Shown here piece by piece: positions 17,532 to 26,107 of a stretch of DNA of 32,000 nt. The stretch is from sequence record OZ035940.1; one strand, 5' to 3'. Each line of letters opens with the position of its first letter. The first letter of the stretch is position 1. A program made the translations under genes and the position numbers. The notes beneath the pieces are model-generated. The model saw only the letters and a program-made list of their open reading frames with translations. It was not told where the DNA came from and made no database searches.

Positions 17532-18341
17532 TTGAAAATAAATATAAATAAATTTCAATATTTTCCTTTTCATTTGGTAGATCCTTCTCCTTGGCCAATA
17601 TTATTGAGTTTCTCATTATTAAATATGGCAATAGGTGCTGTATTATATATGCATGGATATTATAATGGAGGAATTATATTAACAATAGGTTTTATATTAA
17701 CTGTGAGCGGAATGACTCTTTGGTTTAGAGATGTAATAACAGAAGGAACATATCTAGGTCATCATACAAAACAAGTTAAAAATGGATTAATGATAGGGAT
17801 AGTACTATTTATAGTAAGTGAAATATTTGCTTTTTTATCTGTATTTTGGGCCTTCTTTCATTCTAGTTTATCACCTGCAATTGAAATTGGAGGTTCTTGG
17901 CCACCACTAGGTATTACACCATTAGATCCTTTTGCTATTCCTCTACTAAATACTTTTTTATTATTATCAAGTGGTGCCTTTGTAACATATGGTCATCATG
18001 CATTAATAGCTGGAAATAGAAAAGCAGCTATCAATGGAGTATTTGCAACAATAATATTAGCAATAATCTTTACTGGTTTACAATATTTTGAATATTGTGA
18101 AGCTGGATTTACAATGTCTGATAGTGTATATGGTTCTGCATTTTTTGCTTCTACTGGACTTCATGGATTACATGTAATTGTTGGTACAATATTTATTTTA
18201 GTAGGATTCATTAGAATTATAAATTATCAATTAACAAAACAACACCACCAAGGATTTGAAGCAGGTATCCTTTATTGGCATTTTGTGGATGTAGTATGGC
18301 TATTTTTATTTGTAGCTGTATATTTCTGGGGTGGTGCCTAA
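17532..18341 (+). CDS. cox3: cytochrome c oxidase subunit 3 (start codon uncertain, no upstream in-frame ATG)
   Basis: The translation has FHLVDPSPWP, the WFRDVITEGTYLGHHT block and HGLHVIVGT. The track start is TTG at 17532. The frame is open from 17508 and offers only ATA, ATT or TTG candidates. The first in-frame ATG (17625) lies after the conserved N-terminal block. Confidence 0.93.
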   Translation: MKININKFQYFPFHLVDPSPWPILLSFSLLNMAIGAVLYMHGYYNGGIILTIGFILTVSGMTLWFRDVITEGTYLGHHTKQVKNGLMIGIVLFIVSEIFAFLSVFWAFFHSSLSPAIEIGGSWPPLGITPLDPFAIPLLNTFLLLSSGAFVTYGHHALIAGNRKAAINGVFATIILAIIFTGLQYFEYCEAGFTMSDSVYGSAFFASTGLHGLHVIVGTIFILVGFIRIINYQLTKQHHQGFEAGILYWHFVDVVWLFLFVAVYFWGGA

Positions 18342-19270
18342 TCAATAATTAATAAAAATATAATTATTATGATATGAAAATATAATTCATTATAAAATTT
18401 TTATTTTATATCTTTATATTCAAATAAAATATTATTAACTGATAAAATAGATATTGTTTTATTTTTCCTTTTTAAATTTTATATATAAAAATATTTAATC
18501 TTAAATTATTTTTAGTTTATTTATATTTTGTTATATTTATTCTACTTTTTTATTAGTATAATCTGTTATAATTACTAGACTAGTTTGTATTTAATTAACT
18601 TATAATAAACAAATATATTTAATTATTCATTGAAAAATATAATATAATAATATATATACCTTAAGCTTAAAGGTAATTTATTATAATTTTAACCTAAAAT
18701 TTAAATATTAATCTACTTGTTTAATATATAAAATAATATCAAATTTGAGACAATTAAAAATAAAATATTTTTACTATTTTTCATAGATTTTATTCTCTGT
18801 TCTGTCTTAAATAATTAAAAATAAAGTAAGATATTTAAATTTAAGGAACAGACTAGATAAATAATTATCTTAAATTCTAAAATATTAGTATCTATTAAAA
18901 AAAAAAAACAAAACAAAATAATATTATACAGCCCCCTTTATTTAAACAATGATAAATAGCTGATCCAAAAAAAATTAAATATATTAGTTTTACTCTTTAA
19001 TTTCATATTTATAAGGTATGAATGGGAAGACCTAAAAGGTACGGTGTTTTATTGAGTGGTACATCTAGATGTTATTTAGTATTTAAATGTACATATATTT
19101 TTTGGATTGGGTGGTACAACTATGTTTTAATTAGTAATTTAATTGTTTATCTAATTGTTTTAATATTATAATTCCTTTTTATTTTTAATTAATGGGTTTG
19201 TTTATTTAAAATAATTATTTTTATTAAAAGTAATGGAGTTTAAAAATATACTTTTAAATGAAATTAATAT

Positions 19271-19327
19271 AACTCTGGATTGTTCTTGAAAATAGAATTG
19301 AGAGTATTATATAGTGAAAAAATAATA
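19271..19327 (+). promoter_or_regulatory. copy B of the conserved hairpin-plus-tail element (stem 19271-19280 / 19295-19304)
   Basis: See copy A. It lies 28 nt upstream of the ATG of a 34-codon ORF. Confidence 0.5.
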
Positions 19328-19354
19328 ATTAATCAAATAAATAATTATAATATA

Positions 19355-19459
19355 ATGAAAAATATAGCACAAATTATCATAGAAATTCTACATTCCATAG
19401 TATCATCTGTGGTATCAGCATATATAGTAAAAGGATTAAATTATCTTGAATTTAATTAA
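19355..19459 (+). CDS. small hydrophobic ORF of 34 codons (MKNIAQIIIEILHSIVSSVVSAYIVKGLNYLEFN), speculative
   Basis: ATG at 19355 and TAA at 19457-19459. Hairpin element B precedes it, and the A/C tract 19459-19486 follows it directly, upstream of nad4L. Confidence 0.2.
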   Translation: MKNIAQIIIEILHSIVSSVVSAYIVKGLNYLEFN

Positions 19460-19546
19460 AAAACACAAAACAAAAACAAAAAATAAATAAAATTATATAG
19501 CATTTATTAACTGTAACTATAAAGAATATAACAAAATTTATAAATT

Positions 19547-19813
19547 ATGATTCTTTCATTATTCTTATTTTTAATAGGTATTTTAGGTTTTATTCTAAAT
19601 AGAAAAAATATTATTCTTATGATCATAGCTATAGAAATAATGCTATTAGCTGTAACGCTTTTAGTATTAATCAGCTCTTTTGGTTTTGATGATAATGTTG
19701 GTCAAACCTTTAGTATTTATATTATATCTATTGCAGGTGCAGAATCTGTAATAGGTTTAAGTATTTTAGTTGCTTACTATCGTTTAAGAGGAACAATATC
19801 ACTAAGAAGTTAA
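19547..19813 (+). CDS. nad4L: NADH dehydrogenase subunit 4L
   Basis: 88 aa hydrophobic protein with the typical ND4L ending (AGAESVIGLSILVAYYR). Its stop overlaps the nad5 start by 1 nt (TAATG), the classic fungal arrangement. Confidence 0.95.
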   Translation: MILSLFLFLIGILGFILNRKNIILMIIAIEIMLLAVTLLVLISSFGFDDNVGQTFSIYIISIAGAESVIGLSILVAYYRLRGTISLRS

Positions 19814-21795
19814 TGTATTTATCAATAATTCTTTTACCTTTATTAGGTTCAATAGTATCAGGATTTATGGGTCGAAAAATAGGTGTAACAGGATCCCAAT
19901 TTATTACATGTACTTGTTTAATATTATCTTCTTTATTAATGACATTTGCTTTTTATGAAGTAGGTATTTGTGGATCACCTGTACATATAAATTTAGGTAG
20001 TTGGGTAGAATCAGAAATAATGTCTATATCCTGGGAATTATTTTTTGATCAATTAACAGTATCTCTAGGTTTAGCAGTTTTATATTGTTCAACTTTAATT
20101 CATATATATACAATAGATTATTTATCTTCTGATCCTCACAATCAAAGATTTTTCTCATATTTATCAGCCTTTACTGCAGGAATGTTATTATTAATAACCG
20201 GTGGTAATTTTTTTGTAATGTTTGTAGGTTGGGAAGCTATTGGAGTTGTTTCTTATTTACTTATTAATTTTTATTTTACTAGAATTCAAGCAAATAAAGC
20301 CGCAATGTTAGCTTTTACAATGAATAGAACAGGTGATATGTTAATGAGTATAGGATTCTTTGCAATCTTTGCAATGTTTGGTAGCTTAAATTATGCTTCT
20401 ATATTCTCACTAACACCTTATATGAATGAAACAGCTATATCTATTATATCTTTATTATTATTAGGTGGTGCTTTAGCTAAAAGTGCTAATATTCCTCTTC
20501 ATTCTTGGTTACCTGGAAGTATGGAAGCACCCACTCCTGTTAGTGCCTTACTTCATGCTGCTACACTAGTTACTGCAGGTATATATTTATTATTAAGATG
20601 TTCTCCAATTTTAGAATTTAGTCCAACAATTTTATTATTAATAACAATTATAGGTTCTACAACAGCTTTTTTTGCTGCTACTTGTGGTTTATTACAAAAT
20701 GATTTAAAAAGAATAATTGCTTTTAGTACAATCTCTCAATTAGGATATATGATGATGGCTATAGGTCTTAGTCAATATAATGTAGCCTTAATGCATACTG
20801 TAAATCATGCTTTCTTTAAAGCTTTACTTTTCTTAGGTGCAGGTGCAGTAATTCATTCTTTTGCTGATCAACAAGATGTAAGAAGAATGGGTGGATTAAT
20901 AAAATTTTTACCTTTTACTTATTCAGTGATGTTAGTAGGTTCATTTAGTTTATTAGCTACACCTTATCTTACTGGATTCTATAGTAAAGATTTAATATTA
21001 GAATTAGCTTATGGACAATATAGTTTTACTGGTATGTATGCCTTTATTTTAGGTTCTATTACAGCAGGTATTACAGCATTTTATAGTTTTAGATTAATTA
21101 GTCTTGTTTTCTTAACAACAGCTAATGGGCATAAACATTCTTATTTAAATTCTCATGAATCTAATATAGCTGTTATTCTACCATTATTAATTTTAGCTTT
21201 ATTTAGTATTTTCTTTGGTTATATATTTTCAGATTTATTTGTAGGAGTAGGTTCTGATTTCTTTGGTAATTCTTTATTTATTCATCCTAATAATATTTCT
21301 ATTATAGAAGCTGAATTCTCAATTAATCCGTTTATTAAATTATTACCAGCTATATTAAGTTTTACTGGTGCAACTATTGCTATATTTATGTATCATAATT
21401 CTCCAGAATTTTTAATTAATTTAAAAGTTAGTGGTTTAGGACAAAAAATATATAGTTTCTTAAATGGTAAATATTATTTTGATGTAATTTATAATCATTT
21501 TTTAGTTTCAGCTGGATTACAAACTGGTTATTTAATATCTAAACAAATTGATAGAGGAGCTATTGAATTATTAGGACCTTATGGTTTATCTAATACTTTA
21601 ACAAAAACTGGTATAAATATCTCTAAATTAGATACAGGAATTATTACAACTTATTCACTTTATATCACTATTGGTTTATTATCTTTATTATTTTTAATCT
21701 TTGCTCCTGTATTAATAGATACTACATTATTTTCTGAAATCAGATTAATAATTATATATTTTGCTACTTTAGTTTTAGTATTATCTCCTTTCTAA
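19813..21795 (+). CDS. nad5: NADH dehydrogenase subunit 5
   Basis: The 660 aa translation has conserved ND5 blocks (FVGWEAIGVVSYLLINFYFTRIQANKAA, PTPVSALLHAATLVTAGIYLLLR, ISQLGYMMMAIG). It has no introns. Confidence 0.97.
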   Translation: MYLSIILLPLLGSIVSGFMGRKIGVTGSQFITCTCLILSSLLMTFAFYEVGICGSPVHINLGSWVESEIMSISWELFFDQLTVSLGLAVLYCSTLIHIYTIDYLSSDPHNQRFFSYLSAFTAGMLLLITGGNFFVMFVGWEAIGVVSYLLINFYFTRIQANKAAMLAFTMNRTGDMLMSIGFFAIFAMFGSLNYASIFSLTPYMNETAISIISLLLLGGALAKSANIPLHSWLPGSMEAPTPVSALLHAATLVTAGIYLLLRCSPILEFSPTILLLITIIGSTTAFFAATCGLLQNDLKRIIAFSTISQLGYMMMAIGLSQYNVALMHTVNHAFFKALLFLGAGAVIHSFADQQDVRRMGGLIKFLPFTYSVMLVGSFSLLATPYLTGFYSKDLILELAYGQYSFTGMYAFILGSITAGITAFYSFRLISLVFLTTANGHKHSYLNSHESNIAVILPLLILALFSIFFGYIFSDLFVGVGSDFFGNSLFIHPNNISIIEAEFSINPFIKLLPAILSFTGATIAIFMYHNSPEFLINLKVSGLGQKIYSFLNGKYYFDVIYNHFLVSAGLQTGYLISKQIDRGAIELLGPYGLSNTLTKTGINISKLDTGIITTYSLYITIGLLSLLFLIFAPVLIDTTLFSEIRLIIIYFATLVLVLSPF

Positions 21796-21820
21796 AAATT
21801 TGTAATAATTTATTAATATT

Positions 21821-21836
21821 AACCCCACCCCCTTTT
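21821..21836 (+). promoter_or_regulatory. C-rich cluster (aaccccaccccctttt) 26 nt downstream of the nad5 stop
   Basis: Nine C within 16 nt of AT-rich spacer. Confidence 0.3.
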
Positions 21837-22334
21837 TAAAAATTAAAGTTATATAATATAAATAAAAACAAAACAAACAAAAACAAATTAGAATTGTATA
21901 AATTAATTAATCATTTAAATTATAAAAGAGAAGCTAATGAAATTTATGTATTAGTAATAATTAAATAATTAAATAACTTTGAGTTACGTACCAATAAAGG
22001 TTAGTAATCCAAATATTTATTAGCTATTCCGTAATGGAAAATATTTCATTTAATTAAAAAAATTAGATCTAGAAAATGGAACAATGTATACCATACTAAT
22101 TTTAAATGAAATTGTGTTAAATGGAGAATATTCTAGGGATAAATTATTATTTTAATAATAATATCACTTCATTTAATAAAATTAAAGATAATTAAATAAT
22201 TAATTTAATATAGCTCTCCCTTTATTAACTTTTATCTAATAAATAAACAATTATTTTATAAATTTATAAATTTAGGTAAACATTAATAAAATAATGAGCA
22301 AAAAACAAAAAACAAACATTAAAAAAACTATTTT

Positions 22335-24245
22335 ATGACTAAGAATAATAATATTAATATAACTAAAAATGAACATAAAGATATTAATATAGATACCCGT
22401 ATATTACCATTATTTAAAAAACCAGTAATTTTAAAGAAATTAAGTGACAAAAGGAGAAATAAATATAATATTAATTTAATAAATACTCCCAACAAATTAA
22501 GTTTTAAAATAATAACCTTAAAAGAATTATTAGAAATTTTCTTAAAGGGAATAAATTTATATAATTATAATTTGAATAAATATTTATACACACATAATAA
22601 CAAAGATTTAATTTTACATATTAAAAAAGATGAGACTTATAAATTAAATATTTCCTTATCTAATTTTTTTTATATAATTAATAATTTGTGGCCTGTTTTT
22701 AAAATAAGATCTTTAATATATAAAATTAGATTATTTTTACCTAAAAGATTATTTAGACCTCATCCTCATATAAAATTCCAATACCGGTTTAGATATATAG
22801 CTAAAATTTATCTAGAAAATTTGATATATAACAACAAAAGAGATAGAAAAATTAAGAGAAGACAATTAAATAAACTAATTGATAAAGGGAAAGAAATTAT
22901 TAATGAGATAGATAAACAAATAATTTTAAAGAAAAATTTAATTAATAATTTGAAATTTAATAAAAATAACAAATTAAATGGTATTAATTCTTTATTACCC
23001 ACAGTAATAGATAATAATAAAAATATTAATAATTCTTCTTTAATAAATATTACTACATTAGAAAAATCTAATGATAAATTAACACAAATAGATAATCAAT
23101 ATTTACAAAGAAAAATAAATGAAAAAATAGTAAATATATTTTCAAATGTTAAATTTAATATTAATCCTTTTTTACTTTATGAAAAAAAACTTTTTATTAA
23201 TAATATTTTTAAGGTATTTAATACTAATAAAACAAATGAAATTAAAATAGAACAAACTTTGAAATCTCTTTTTAAAAATAAGGAATTTAAAATTACAAAT
23301 GAGGCTATATCTATTAATTCTAACCCAGTAGAAATTTTATATTCTAAATTTAATATTAATTCAACTGAATCAAATAATTTACAGAATAAACCAATAATAA
23401 ATCAATATTTAAAATCATTGAGTAGTTATAATATGACAAAAAAAGGGATTTTAATGTCTTATTCTAATATTATAGGATTTAATTTTAATACTGAAACTAA
23501 TAAATTAATACAAAATATTTATAAATTATTAGCTGCTTCATTTAAATCTATGTATTGTTTAATTAGTAAACCTGTATTTGTTATGACACCAGACAAAATT
23601 ATTATACAATTATTTTACTTTTTATTTATACCTAATATTTTAAAATTTAAAAAAATATTTAAATATGGAAATAGAAATAAATTAAGTAAACAAAGTTTGT
23701 ATAAGAGAAAAAAAATAATTAAAAAACAATATAGAAATTTCAGAAAGATTAAAATTAATATAAGAATTAAATTAAGAAAATTATCTAATGTGGTAATAAC
23801 TAAAGTGTTTAAAGTTAAATTTAAAAAATTATGTGATATTTTAAGTCATTTATTTAAAAAACCTGTACAATTAGATTTAATTAGATTACATTACCCTTAC
23901 AATGATAGTAATATATTAGTTAATCTATTAGGTATTATGATTAATAAAATTAAATTAAGAATTATTTTTAGAAAACTTTTTGAAAAGGCTGTTATTAAAA
24001 ATTTAAATAAAGTAACTGGTAAAACAAAATTTAATATAATTCCCGCTTTCCTATCTGGTATTAATATTAGAGTAGCTGGTCGATTATTGACACATAGAGT
24101 TGTACCACGAAAAACAGTTAAAACTATTAGAAGAGGAGCAGCTGCTACTGGAAAAATTAATTTATCTGATGTGGCAAGATATACAAATAAAAATAAAAGA
24201 GGTGCCTTTAGTATTACTGTTTCTTCTGGACAAAATTTATTTTAA
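22335..24245 (+). CDS. rps3: mitochondrial ribosomal protein S3 (free-standing, greatly expanded N/K-rich body)
   Basis: Only the C-terminal region looks conserved (GINIRVAGRLLTHRVVPRKTVKTIRRGAAATGKINLSDVARYTNKNKRGAFSITV), matching the fungal mt Rps3/Var1-type C-terminus. The rest is low complexity. Confidence 0.8.
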   Translation: MTKNNNINITKNEHKDINIDTRILPLFKKPVILKKLSDKRRNKYNINLINTPNKLSFKIITLKELLEIFLKGINLYNYNLNKYLYTHNNKDLILHIKKDETYKLNISLSNFFYIINNLWPVFKIRSLIYKIRLFLPKRLFRPHPHIKFQYRFRYIAKIYLENLIYNNKRDRKIKRRQLNKLIDKGKEIINEIDKQIILKKNLINNLKFNKNNKLNGINSLLPTVIDNNKNINNSSLINITTLEKSNDKLTQIDNQYLQRKINEKIVNIFSNVKFNINPFLLYEKKLFINNIFKVFNTNKTNEIKIEQTLKSLFKNKEFKITNEAISINSNPVEILYSKFNINSTESNNLQNKPIINQYLKSLSSYNMTKKGILMSYSNIIGFNFNTETNKLIQNIYKLLAASFKSMYCLISKPVFVMTPDKIIIQLFYFLFIPNILKFKKIFKYGNRNKLSKQSLYKRKKIIKKQYRNFRKIKINIRIKLRKLSNVVITKVFKVKFKKLCDILSHLFKKPVQLDLIRLHYPYNDSNILVNLLGIMINKIKLRIIFRKLFEKAVIKNLNKVTGKTKFNIIPAFLSGINIRVAGRLLTHRVVPRKTVKTIRRGAAATGKINLSDVARYTNKNKRGAFSITVSSGQNLF

Positions 24246-24256
24246 ATTTTAAATTT

Positions 24257-24281
24257 CAACCCCCAATCCAAACCCCTTTAC
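24257..24281 (+). promoter_or_regulatory. double C-rich cluster (caacccccaatccaaacccctttac) 12 nt downstream of the rps3 stop
   Basis: Two C runs sit between rps3 and trnH. Confidence 0.3.
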
Positions 24282-24323
24282 TATATATTTGGTTTTAATT
24301 ACTTTTTTGTTTTATTTAAAAGA

Positions 24324-24396
24324 GGTAAGATTAGTTTAATTGGCAAAATGATGTCTTGTGGCGACAATGTTCAGAGTTCAAGTCTCTGATTTTACC
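24324..24396 (+). tRNA. trnH: tRNA-His (anticodon GUG) with encoded G-1
   Basis: Acceptor is gtaagat/attttac. An extra 5' G at 24324 is opposite discriminator C at 24396, a hallmark of tRNA-His. Anticodon arm is atgtc-ttgtggc-gacaa. T arm is cagag-ttcaagt-ctctg. Confidence 0.9.
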
Positions 24397-24426
24397 CTTT
24401 ATATTAAAAATTTTATATTATTATTA

Positions 24427-24474
<48 letters not shown>

Positions 24475-25748
24475 GTGATATGAATTATAACTAAATTAAT
24501 TTGATTATAAAAAATAAAGAATTAATTTAATATCTTTATTTAAGAATTATATATAGTTATTATTAAATTTAAGGAAAATCTGTAACAAAATCATTTTCTT
24601 TCATTTTATTAAAAAATAATTTAATTATTTTTATGTTATATTAAAAAAAGGGTATTAGTATTAAAAGAGAGTTAAGATATCTAATACTGTAATTTATTTT
24701 TATATTTAATATTATTAAATAATTAACTAAATTATGTTAAGGTTCTAGGTTAAATAAGGATATATCTTAAGAACAAAAATGATTTTGTGGAAAATATTAG
24801 AATAGAAAATTTTAACTTTAATTATCTATATTCTTTAATTTAAAAATTATATTTAGAAATAGAATAAATAAATATCTAACACTTAAGTTTGTTTATTATT
24901 ATTTATTATAAATTTAAAGTTATTAAAATTATAAATCCTATATCCTAACTTATTAATATTTTAGATAAAATTCAGTTAACAATTACTAAATTATAATTAT
25001 TATATAAATATTTTGTAATTTATATTTCTACTAAATTAGTCCTACAGATAATAATTCTAACTCTTTATATTTTAATAAATAATTAAATATTAAAATAATA
25101 AACTAAACTTTCCAATTATAAATTAAAATTAATAACTTAATTTATCCCTTTAATTTAAATTTAATTCTACTATATTTTTAATAAAAATCTTTATATAAAT
25201 CTATTTTAAATAATTAATAGACTAAATTAATATTATTGTTTCTTTAGTCCTCAAAATAAAAGATCTGCACAGATATAAACCAATAGAAATATATCTCTAG
25301 GGATTATATTGTCAATAACCATTGTATAGAAAACTGATAATTTTTTTATATATAAAATTTAAATATAAATATATATTATTTCCTATTAAAATATATATAG
25401 GATCTTCTGTATAAACCACAAAAATAAATTAAAATTGATATCTAATTAGGTGAATAGTTTATCTAAGATTCAAAAATATTAATTAAATTGAACTTCTATA
25501 TTTAATTATAATTTTATATTCTTTATTTTTTGATATTTTTATCTGATTAAATGTTTGTAACTCTTAAAATATTACAATATAATTATAGTTGCTATATTAA
25601 CCCTTTATGTTCTTCATTATAAAAATTATATTATTACAAAAGGTGTAGTAGTTAACCACCCTATTCTAATTTATCTACTATCTCAATTATATTTTTCAAA
25701 GATATGATTGGTTAATCCTAATTATTTGTGATATTACAAATAAATAAA

Positions 25749-25821
25749 GCTGAAATAGTTTAAAGGGTTAAAACTTACCACTCATGATGGTAAAAAGAAG
25801 GTTCAATTCCTTTTTTCAGCT
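25749..25821 (+). tRNA. trnM: tRNA-Met (anticodon CAU; initiator, elongator or Ile-lysidine type not resolvable)
   Basis: Acceptor is gctgaaa/tttcagc. D arm is gttt-aaagggtta-aaac. Anticodon arm is tacca-ctcatga-tggta. T arm is gaagg-ttcaatt-ccttt. Length is 73 nt. Confidence 0.88.
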
Positions 25822-26107
25822 AAAAAGAGAATTTATTTTTTATTTTATTAATTTTTTATTTATTTACTATTATATTCTGGTTGAATGATAATATAAAAAT
25901 TTAAATAACTCAATTTAAATAAAGGATTGTAATAATTTATTTTTATTATAAAAAAATATAATCTTAAAATTTATAAAATTTATATAATAACCCCAAAAAG
26001 TATAGATACTAAAATTATCTAATATAAATTAAAAGTATCATTGACAATATTGTTATAACATCAAAAATTATATATTATATAAAATAATATAAAAAAGTAT
26101 TTCAAAG

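Noticed and set aside
9010-21795. Introns or homing endonuclease genes in nad1, cob, cox2, cox3 and nad5
   Set aside because: All five translate as continuous full-length proteins, colinear with their families. No intron is present.
22808-23002. 64 aa minus-strand ORF
   Set aside because: It is antisense to the low-complexity part of rps3, so it is a shadow ORF.
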